Positions 7,986-15,005 of a stretch of 15,005 nt of DNA are shown piece by piece (position 1 is the first letter of the stretch; the number at the start of each line of letters is the position of its first letter). The position numbers and the translations under genes are program-made. This DNA is from an uncultured bacterium (lineage in GTDB: Bacteria; SAR324; NAC60-12), in the NCBI GenBank assembly GCA_964010765.1, contig CAXGMD010000078.1:1-15005 (forward strand). The letters run 5' to 3'. The notes under the pieces were generated by a model. It was not told the origin of the DNA. It saw nothing but the letters and a program-made list of their open reading frames with translations, and ran no database searches.

Positions 7986-8789
7986 ATGATATATGAAATT
8001 GTAGTATTGCTGACCGCACTAATTCTATTCATCGGAATAATATATCCAACTCTGTGGGTTTTCATTGCTTCATTCAAATCAGAAGAAACGATCTTTTCAA
8101 ATGAATATGCCACTTATACATTCGATAACTATATAGAGCTTTTTGAATCTGGTTTTGGCGTATTTATATATAATAGTTTCTATATTTGTTTGATTTCAGT
8201 AATTATTACTATCTTCGCATCAGTAACAGCTGCGTATGTGTTTTCGAGAAAGAAATTCAAATTTAAAATAATTTACTTTGGATCTATAATGCTGGGACAA
8301 ACATTCCCATGGATTATATTAGTTACTCCAATGTTTATACTCTTTGCTAAACTAGGCTTTTTGAATAATCATATTAGTATGATTTTCTGCTACGTTGCCG
8401 TTAGTTTGCCTTTTTCTGTCTATCTACTTGTCGGTTATTTAGAGAGTGTTCCGCGAGAACTGGATGAAGCAGCTTTGATGGATGGATGTCCACCATTTCA
8501 AATAATATGGAAAATAATTTTTCCAATAATGATACCTGGGATCATTGTAACAGCAGCATATTCTTTCCTGTTGATGTGGTCAGAGTATCTATTTGCTTTA
8601 GCATTTTTGACTAAGACTAAATTAAAGACGATGCCATTAGAATTATATGCCTTTTTTGGCGAACATACCACGGAGTGGGGCCAGGTTATGGCAGCCTCAG
8701 CGGTTACTACAATTCCTACCTTACTACTTTTTCTACCACTTCAAAAATTGATTTCAGAAGGACTGACGGCTGGGTCAGTTAAGAGTTGA
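7986..8789 (+). CDS. Carbohydrate ABC transporter permease (MalG/UgpE-like)
   Basis: TFDNY, the EAA loop VPRELDEAALMDG, WSEYLFA, WGQVMAAS and C-terminal GLTAGSVKS. CAGGA RBS at 7975-7979. Confidence 0.95.
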   Translation: MIYEIVVLLTALILFIGIIYPTLWVFIASFKSEETIFSNEYATYTFDNYIELFESGFGVFIYNSFYICLISVIITIFASVTAAYVFSRKKFKFKIIYFGSIMLGQTFPWIILVTPMFILFAKLGFLNNHISMIFCYVAVSLPFSVYLLVGYLESVPRELDEAALMDGCPPFQIIWKIIFPIMIPGIIVTAAYSFLLMWSEYLFALAFLTKTKLKTMPLELYAFFGEHTTEWGQVMAASAVTTIPTLLLFLPLQKLISEGLTAGSVKS

Positions 8790-8828
8790 AAAACAATATT
8801 TACGATTATGTTGATAGCTAGACTCTTC

Positions 8829-9245
8829 TCAAACTTTCTTCATTTTCCATGTCAACACAGACATCCATCCCGTCACCAACAACAAACCTCCCAATTCTCT
8901 GCCCAGTTCTACAGCTTCATTCTTCATGGCCATTACATTCCAGAAAGAGTCCCATTCGAACTGCTCCTCGCTCATCAAGAAATCTATTCCCACAAACAAG
9001 CTACTGAGCAATACCAACAGCCCCCAAATTAGCGGGATAGATGGTGGTAGTGGGCGGATCAGTGAGCAGAGGGTAATGATTGCGGTGACGGAGTAACAAA
9101 CAATCCAACGAAACGGATCTGGATCGTTCCACTGAACCAAAGCACTTAAGAGCAGGAGTCCTGTCATTAAGATCGTGACGACTTTCCAGAGGATAGACTT
9201 GGTGAGCAAAGAAGCCTTTGAAGTGGTGAATGACCCTTGAAACAT
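8829..9245 (-). CDS. Transmembrane 220 (TMEM220) family membrane protein
   Basis: About four hydrophobic segments with SALVQWNDPDPFRWIVCY and ELGRELGGLLL, matching the QxNDPD...W...Y and E.gRE..GL signature of TMEM220. The exact start is uncertain. Confidence 0.8.
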   Translation of the reverse strand: MFQGSFTTSKASLLTKSILWKVVTILMTGLLLLSALVQWNDPDPFRWIVCYSVTAIITLCSLIRPLPPSIPLIWGLLVLLSSLFVGIDFLMSEEQFEWDSFWNVMAMKNEAVELGRELGGLLLVTGWMSVLTWKMKKV

Positions 9246-9255
9246 GGGCCGTAGG

Positions 9256-10077
9256 TCATCCTTTGACAGCTCCTCCAGTTAGAGAACTGCCAATTGATCG
9301 GTAAAATAATAGACCAACAATCAAAGGTGGTAGTAAAGATAACATGATGACTGCTGAAGCTACCCCCCATTTCACTCCTCCTCCGCTTGCCGAGAAAAAG
9401 AAGGAAGCTCCAACCGTTATGGGTGTGGCTGATTTTGTAGTCAGCATCAGTCCAAAAAGAAATTCATTCCAAGCATAGACAAAACCTAGAACAGATGAAG
9501 AAGCAATTGCCGCAACAGACAGTGGCAAGATGATCCGCAGAATGATTGAGATGGTCGATGCACCATCAATCCGGGCAGCATCATCTAGTTCTTCAGGTAT
9601 ATTTCGCAATGTTGACGATAGCAGAGCCAAAGTCAGGGGTAGATTGATGATGCACATGATTAGTGCCAGGCCCAACAACGTATCAAGTAGGCCCACGGCC
9701 TGAAACATCATGTAGAGGGGAATAGCAAAAATGATCAATGGTAAGGCCCTCAGGTTCAGCACGAAGGGCAACAACCAGTTCCGACCAAAGCCAGTTCTGA
9801 CGATGACATAAGCCGCTGGAAAAGCCAGCAGGAGCGCGAAAAATGCTCCTAATGCAGAGATGACCAAGGAATTCCAAAGAAAATGTAAAATATCAAATCG
9901 GTCGGCCATCTCAAAAATCTTCACATAGTTCGCCAGAGTGGGCGACTGGATGATAATGGAAGGATTTGAGACGATCTCTCCCTCAGATTTCAGTGATGTG
10001 AGCAGAGTTGAAAGCAGGGGGAAATTGAACAGCAGGGCTGCAAAACCGAAGATCAGCCAACGAAAGAGCATACTCAT
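9256..10077 (-). CDS. Carbohydrate ABC transporter permease (MalG-like)
   Basis: PTLANY, the EAA loop IPEELDDAARIDGA, AWNEFLFG and C-terminal LTGGAVKG; 4-nt ATGA overlap with the upstream permease. Confidence 0.95.
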   Translation of the reverse strand: MSMLFRWLIFGFAALLFNFPLLSTLLTSLKSEGEIVSNPSIIIQSPTLANYVKIFEMADRFDILHFLWNSLVISALGAFFALLLAFPAAYVIVRTGFGRNWLLPFVLNLRALPLIIFAIPLYMMFQAVGLLDTLLGLALIMCIINLPLTLALLSSTLRNIPEELDDAARIDGASTISIILRIILPLSVAAIASSSVLGFVYAWNEFLFGLMLTTKSATPITVGASFFFSASGGGVKWGVASAVIMLSLLPPLIVGLLFYRSIGSSLTGGAVKG

Positions 10078-10940
10078 GTCGTCTCCATCCTGCGGCTAAA
10101 TCGTTCCAAGAGCGCAATCAGCAATAGTGCAGCGAGGAACAACAGGACAGACGCAGCAACTGCTTGACCGATGTTGCCCCCACGAAAAAAAGCCTTGTAG
10201 ATATAGATGCTCAGGGAAGTACTGGTTCCTCCTGCCCCACTGCCGACAAGCACATAGATGTTGTCAAATACCCTAAAGGAGTCGATGAAGCGAATGAAGA
10301 AGGTCAGCAAAATGACCGGCATCATGTATGGCAATTCCACCAACATCAATAATTGTAACGAGTTGGCACCGTCCATTCTGGCAGCTTCTCGCAAGTGAGA
10401 AGGGATCGACCGATAAGCTGTGTAGAGGATCAACAACGCAAATGGTGTCCACTGAAGGATTTCAATCGTGACCACAGTTAGGAAAGCATTCTCAGTCCCC
10501 AGAAAAGCAGGACTGTCACCCACCCACTCCCAGAGGTAATAGGGGATCACTCCGACAAACTCATGCAAGATCAGTCGATACATTAACCCAATAAGAGCCG
10601 GGGCGACCATCATGGGCGCCATTAAAACGGCCATGAGCCAGGGATGTCGAGCCAACAGAGGTTCCAAGTAGATTGCCAGAAACAAGGCAAGGAATAATTG
10701 AACCAGTGAAGCTGTGAGTCCAAATTTTAGTGAAAAGGCGAGGGCATCCCAATAGGTGGGGTCCTGCAGGGTCTCAAAATAGTTTTCAAAACCCTGCAGA
10801 CGTGGAGCGAGGAGGTTTTCGAAAGTTACCTCGGAAACACTGTAAATCAAGTCCAGCAGCAGAGGGAACCCCAGCATCACCAAAAGAAAGAAGGTGATAG
10901 GAGCTGTCAGCCAGAATTTTTCCTTGCTGCTTACCTGCAT
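10074..10940 (-). CDS. Carbohydrate ABC transporter permease (MalF-like)
   Basis: GFENY, PMMVAPALIG, QWTPF, the EAA loop LREAARMDGAN and FIDSFRVFD. Confidence 0.95.
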   Translation of the reverse strand: MQVSSKEKFWLTAPITFFLLVMLGFPLLLDLIYSVSEVTFENLLAPRLQGFENYFETLQDPTYWDALAFSLKFGLTASLVQLFLALFLAIYLEPLLARHPWLMAVLMAPMMVAPALIGLMYRLILHEFVGVIPYYLWEWVGDSPAFLGTENAFLTVVTIEILQWTPFALLILYTAYRSIPSHLREAARMDGANSLQLLMLVELPYMMPVILLTFFIRFIDSFRVFDNIYVLVGSGAGGTSTSLSIYIYKAFFRGGNIGQAVAASVLLFLAALLLIALLERFSRRMETT

Positions 10941-10979
10941 GCTGAACTTGAAACCTAGTTGGAAAAAAAGCCTGAGAGC

Positions 10980-12299
10980 TTACTTGAGAAGATCAGCCAT
11001 TCCCTTACTAGTTGCTTGCAGTGCTTCGTCCAGAGACTTGGTTCCTGACCAGTATCCTGTAAACTGCTCAGCTTGCAGGGTATAAATCTGCAAGGCAGAT
11101 GCGGAGGTTCCGCCATTCATCACAAACCCGTAGTTTCCAGCAAAGTCCCCCAGTTTGATAAGATCAGGTCGATCACCAGAAATTTTATCTGTGATGGATT
11201 TAGCCATGGCCGGAGAACCACCACTCAAAGCATAGGTCTCCATAGCATCAGCACCAGAGAGCCAATTCAGAAACTTGATTGCGGCATCCTTGTTCTTGGA
11301 GTTCTTGTTCAAGCCCAAGCCCAAACCATGAATGTGGGTGACACGTCCGGCTGGTCCTGCAGGAGGAGCAACTGTTCCGATTTTCCCCGCTACGGCTGGA
11401 TTCTCCTCGGGATTATTCAAGCTACCGAAAGCAGCGTTCCATTGCAGCATCGTGGCTGCCTGGCCTGAACCGAAAGCAGCGTTTGCTTCAGCATATTCGT
11501 ATGAGGTCGAATCTTTTGGAGAGGCTCCAGCGTCAAAGAGTGTCTTGTAGAGTTGCAGGCCCTGTCGGAACGCCCAGGAATCAACCATAACGTTGCCGTT
11601 GGCGTCTAACCACTCACCACCATGAGAACGTGCAGTCGAGTGCCAGATCATCATGTTGAACAGCAAGTTCTTCATCTGTAGGACTGTTCCGTAACGAGTT
11701 GGGCTGGCAGAGTTGACACTCTTTGTGAAGAATAAGGCTGTCGCAGCGTAGTCTTCCCAGTTCCAGGTGTCAGGATTTTTGGGAGCTAGCGTTTTGCCCA
11801 AGTATTTCTGGGAGATTTCTCCATAAATCTTCTGCCAGTCTGCATCGCTTAGTAACTTGTCAATCAAGTCATTGCGATAGTACATGAAGTGCAAACTCAG
11901 ATCAGTGGGTACACCATACTGCTCACCTTCAAATTGCATGGTCTTCAATACTTTGTCTCCGAAGACATCCATTGCTGCGGATGGCAGACTCAGCGGTTGC
12001 ATGAATGGGGCGTAGCGTCCAACTGCATAAGTTGCGGTTAGGTTGATGTCAAACTCGGTCGTTCCAGCGGCCAAGTCAGCCTGTAGTTTGTCCCAGAAGC
12101 CATCTCGATTGAAGAAGATCAAGTTGACGGATCCATCGCTTTTGCCAGGGCCTGCGTTGTAGACCTCAACTGCTTTTCTTAGAGCTGTTTCTTCGGGGCC
12201 ACCAGGCCAACCTAAGACGGTGACTTGTGCCCACAGGGACTTTACTGCGAAAAGACTGACCAACAATACCAGTCCAAGTTTGGTAGACATCTTTTTCAT
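10980..12299 (-). CDS. Carbohydrate ABC transporter (CUT1) periplasmic substrate-binding protein
   Basis: Signal peptide ending SLWA; GEQYGVP, MYYRNDL, PDTWNWEDY, FGSGQAATMLQWN and SKNKDAAIKFLNWL. GAGG RBS at 12308-12305; heads two permeases. Confidence 0.93.
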   Translation of the reverse strand: MKKMSTKLGLVLLVSLFAVKSLWAQVTVLGWPGGPEETALRKAVEVYNAGPGKSDGSVNLIFFNRDGFWDKLQADLAAGTTEFDINLTATYAVGRYAPFMQPLSLPSAAMDVFGDKVLKTMQFEGEQYGVPTDLSLHFMYYRNDLIDKLLSDADWQKIYGEISQKYLGKTLAPKNPDTWNWEDYAATALFFTKSVNSASPTRYGTVLQMKNLLFNMMIWHSTARSHGGEWLDANGNVMVDSWAFRQGLQLYKTLFDAGASPKDSTSYEYAEANAAFGSGQAATMLQWNAAFGSLNNPEENPAVAGKIGTVAPPAGPAGRVTHIHGLGLGLNKNSKNKDAAIKFLNWLSGADAMETYALSGGSPAMAKSITDKISGDRPDLIKLGDFAGNYGFVMNGGTSASALQIYTLQAEQFTGYWSGTKSLDEALQATSKGMADLLK

Positions 12300-12326
12300 T
12301 GGAACCTCAAATTGAGTTTAGAAATA

Positions 12327-12348
12327 TAGAAACAGTGATCTGTTTCTA
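12327..12348. promoter_or_regulatory. Perfect inverted repeat (operator or leader hairpin) upstream of ABC cluster 2
   Basis: TAGAAACAG-TGAT-CTGTTTCTA: 9-bp arms, 4-nt spacer, 27 nt from the SBP start codon. Confidence 0.5.
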
Positions 12349-12592
12349 ACTCGATTCAAGCGGAGAAATTATCTGCGGGAAAATACTCTGCTTGAAATAG
12401 ACCCAGTAACCCTTGTACCAGATAGGGCGAAGTATTTATCCGATTATGATGAAGAGTGCAAAAAAAAATTCATGGAGACAGGTTGTGGCCCTTCGTAATG
12501 CGCCTTGAAAGAATTTGAAGACTTGTGAAAACAGCTCAAAAGTGTGAAATGTCGAACTTTAGACTCTTTAGAAACTTTTTGAAGGAATGACC

Positions 12593-13672
12593 ATGTCAAA
12601 GCAGCTAATTTATGTGGGTGGATATGCTTCTCCTGAGATGGAAGGGATTCAGCTTTTCACTCTTGATTTGACCTCTGGTCAGTTGACCTATGTTAAAGGA
12701 GTGAAGGAAGTTGAAAATCCATCCTTTTTGATTCTTACCAAGGATTTTCAGCGTCTTTATGCAGTGGTGGAGGTTTCAGAACATCAGGGTAATTCAGGTG
12801 GTGGAGTAGTGGGCTACTCAATCTCCGAAGAAGGCAGAACACTCAATCCCTTGAACAACCAGCCAACCAATGGAAATCACCCTTGTCACTTGAGCTTGTC
12901 TCATTCAGAAGATGCGCTGTTCGTGGCGAACTATTCGGGGGGGAGTGTCGCCGCCTATCAAGTCATGAAGGATGGAAACCTCTCAGGCCCGAGTGATTTT
13001 CATCAGCATCACGGGAGTTCGGTAAATCTAAAACGTCAGGAAGGGCCTCACGCACACATGGCGCACCTGACACCAGATGGTCGGCATCTGCTTGTCACGG
13101 ATCTGGGCACAGACCAGTTGATGGTGTATCAGATCAATTCTCAGGGAAAATTGGATCTTATCAAAGATCGCTGTTTGAAACTTCCAGCTGGATCTGGGCC
13201 TCGTCATTTGACGTTCAGTCATTCAAATAAGAGTATGTACCTGATCAACGAGCTGGGGAATACGATTCTCACGTTTCCTGTGGGTGAGGATGGTTTACCT
13301 GCCAAGGAATTCACTCAGGAAATCAAAACGCTCCCTGATGATTTTTCAGAAGAGAGCACCACGGCAGACATTCATGTGCATCCCAACGGTAAGTTCTTGT
13401 ATGGAACGAATCGAGGACACGATAGCTTTTGTTGTTATCGGATCCTTCCAGATGAACGATTGGAATTGATCGGGCATGTTCCCACGGGTGGGCAATCTCC
13501 GAGAAATTTTTCCATTCATCCAGATGGGAAATGGTTAGTAGTGGCTCATCAGGTCTCAGGCAATATTCTTTCATTTGCCATTGATCAGGAAACCGGAATG
13601 TTGAAGCAATCTGACAATCAAAAGCTCAATCTTCAGCCATCTTGTGTGCAGTTTGGGCATCCTTCACACTGA
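12593..13672 (+). CDS. pgl: Seven-bladed beta-propeller lactonase (6-phosphogluconolactonase YbhE/YkgB family)
   Basis: ENPSFL, PCHLS, ANYSGGSV, RQEGPHAH, DLGTD, GSGPRH, INEL, ADIH, NRGHDS and PRNF. GAAGGA at 12581-12586 fits ATG 12593 better than 12587. The family is secure, but the exact substrate is inferred. Confidence 0.9.
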   Translation: MSKQLIYVGGYASPEMEGIQLFTLDLTSGQLTYVKGVKEVENPSFLILTKDFQRLYAVVEVSEHQGNSGGGVVGYSISEEGRTLNPLNNQPTNGNHPCHLSLSHSEDALFVANYSGGSVAAYQVMKDGNLSGPSDFHQHHGSSVNLKRQEGPHAHMAHLTPDGRHLLVTDLGTDQLMVYQINSQGKLDLIKDRCLKLPAGSGPRHLTFSHSNKSMYLINELGNTILTFPVGEDGLPAKEFTQEIKTLPDDFSEESTTADIHVHPNGKFLYGTNRGHDSFCCYRILPDERLELIGHVPTGGQSPRNFSIHPDGKWLVVAHQVSGNILSFAIDQETGMLKQSDNQKLNLQPSCVQFGHPSH

Positions 13673-13698
13673 GCAATCATTGCCTTAGACGAGATTCG

Positions 13699-14199
13699 AT
13701 GACTCCATCAGAACTCTATCATTTCCTGGACGAATATCAGATTTCATATGAAAAATTTGATCATTCACCAGTCTACACGGTGGAGGAGTCAAAGAAATTA
13801 TCTCCTGCAATGTCAGGAGGTAAAACAAAGAATCTCTTTGTTCGTGACAAGAAGGGCAAGCACCACATTCTGTTGACGGTAGAACAGGACAAGCGAGTTG
13901 ATCTCAAGAAGGTCTCCGAATTTATCGGCTATGGCCGCTTGAGTTTCTGCTCGCCAGAACGTTTGCTCAAGTACCTGGGAGTGGAGCCTGGATCAGTTTC
14001 GCTGTTGGGGATTCTAAATGATCAAGCTGGGGAGGTCGAAATTCTGATTGATGAGGATCTTTGGAAGGAACAGTACCTTTTGTGTCATCCACTGGTCAAT
14101 ACGAGTACGCTCCGCTTGGGTAGGGAAGAACTGGTAAAATTATTCCAACTGAGTGGGCATCCTTTCCGTTTGCTGCCTATTCCTGAGTTGGAAGAATAA
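13699..14199 (+). CDS. prdX: Prolyl-tRNA editing protein, YbaK/EbsC superfamily (PrdX / ProXp-ala type)
   Basis: HSPVYTVEES, KTKNLFVRDKKG, LSFCSPERLLKYLGVEPGSVS and CHPLVNTST. The ATG at 13699 gives 166 aa and avoids overlap with the lactonase. Confidence 0.88.
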   Translation: MTPSELYHFLDEYQISYEKFDHSPVYTVEESKKLSPAMSGGKTKNLFVRDKKGKHHILLTVEQDKRVDLKKVSEFIGYGRLSFCSPERLLKYLGVEPGSVSLLGILNDQAGEVEILIDEDLWKEQYLLCHPLVNTSTLRLGREELVKLFQLSGHPFRLLPIPELEE

Positions 14200-14212
14200 A
14201 TTGTTGTTTGTT

Positions 14213-14230
14213 GGAGAGATTGTGCTCTCC
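14213..14230. terminator. Short hairpin between convergent genes, possible terminator
   Basis: GGAGAG-ATTGTG-CTCTCC lies between the prdX and MDR stop codons; there is no good U-tract. Confidence 0.3.
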
Positions 14231-14248
14231 CCTGAATATGTAATTGCT

Positions 14249-15005
14249 CTAACCGTTTGGCAACAAAAGGACCTTACCGCTACGGCCTCCTCGATAGGCA
14301 TGACGAAGGGCATCTTCAAGCTGATCTAAATTGTAGGTTGCTTCAACTGGGGTAGAAATTTGTCCTGATACTACTAACTCCTCTAACACTCTGTAGAGCT
14401 GTTGCTTCGCATCCGCAGTCATTCCACCTAAGGTTTTGGCAAGCCAGAAACCAGTGAGGGTGATCCCTTTGAAAACGACCATGTCTGCAGTCAATTGGCA
14501 GGGCTCTCCGCTGAGTAGTCCGTAATTGACGACGGTTCCTTCTTCACTCAAGATCCCACCAAGAGTCAGAGTCGCTTTCCCAGCAACGGCGTCGAATGCC
14601 AATGGGATATTGGCATCTCCCAACTCCACTCGAACCTTCTCTGGCAAATCTTCTCCTTCCAGCATCACCAAGTCCGCACCCATTTCAGACAACTCTTTCT
14701 CTAGTCCCTCACGCCGAACAATGTTGAGAGTGTGCACTCCTTTGGCCTTTGCCAGTTGAATCAGGTAACGACCAACCGCTGAGTTTGCAGCATTTTGGAC
14801 AACCCAATCACCGGGTTTGAGATCAACATAGCGATCAAGCATAAACTTTGCGGTAGCTGGATTGACCTTCAGCATCGCCATTTGAAGTAAGTCTGCATCT
14901 GGGGATACCTTGATCAATGTCGAAGCCGGTACTTGAATCTCCTGACCCCAGTTGGCTCTGCCCATGCTCATCACCCGATCTCCTACCGCAAAGCCACGGA
15001 CACCG
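14249..15005 (-). CDS. MDR-superfamily oxidoreductase, 2-enoyl thioester reductase (ETR/MECR)-like; 5' end lies beyond the right edge
   Basis: AMLKVNPATA, PGDWVVQNAANSAVG, NYGLLSG, GFWL and GKVLL. The frame stays open past 14974 to the edge (GVRGFAVGDRV, a GroES-like domain motif), so the gene is partial. Confidence 0.88.
   Translation of the reverse strand, partial: GVRGFAVGDRVMSMGRANWGQEIQVPASTLIKVSPDADLLQMAMLKVNPATAKFMLDRYVDLKPGDWVVQNAANSAVGRYLIQLAKAKGVHTLNIVRREGLEKELSEMGADLVMLEGEDLPEKVRVELGDANIPLAFDAVAGKATLTLGGILSEEGTVVNYGLLSGEPCQLTADMVVFKGITLTGFWLAKTLGGMTADAKQQLYRVLEELVVSGQISTPVEATYNLDQLEDALRHAYRGGRSGKVLLLPNG

Noticed and set aside
11073..11550. Antisense ORFs of 131 and 72 aa, and the other short overlapping ORFs in the track
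   Set aside because: They lie within or opposite well-supported genes and have no motifs, as expected for shadow ORFs.
13642..13698. Longer start for prdX overlapping the lactonase
   Set aside because: It uses a GTG inside the upstream gene, and the family-like sequence begins at ATG 13699.
1..15005. CRISPR array, tRNA/rRNA, IS element, prophage or defence system
   Set aside because: By eye I found no regularly spaced repeats, structural RNA signatures, terminal repeats with a transposase, or nuclease, integrase or phage-like ORFs.

Overview
Bacterial window with 13 complete and 2 partial protein-coding genes, mostly heterotrophic or catabolic. In order: the 5' end of a cobalamin-independent methionine-synthase-II-family gene (minus strand, runs off the left edge, absent from the ORF track), a glutathione S-transferase, a GFA/CENP-V zinc protein, a 44-aa lipoprotein, an MlrC-like M81 metallopeptidase and a PHP-like (DUF3604/CehA-McbA-type) metallohydrolase. 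Two convergent carbohydrate (CUT1) ABC clusters follow, each with a binding protein and two permeases and neither with an ATPase; a TMEM220-family gene ends the second. The window closes with a beta-propeller lactonase, a PrdX-type tRNA-editing protein and the 3' part of an enoyl-thioester-reductase-like MDR oxidoreductase. Both binding proteins have ordinary cleavable signal peptides, which points to a diderm host. I saw no rRNA, tRNA, CRISPR array, transposase or integrase. The best candidates for something undescribed are an AT-rich uptake-and-hydrolysis module of unknown substrate with a clear divergent promoter/operator region (about 3540-8830), a tiny Cys-containing lipoprotein, and a hairpin-rich leader before the second ABC operon. 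All family calls come from recognising motifs by eye, not from database searches.
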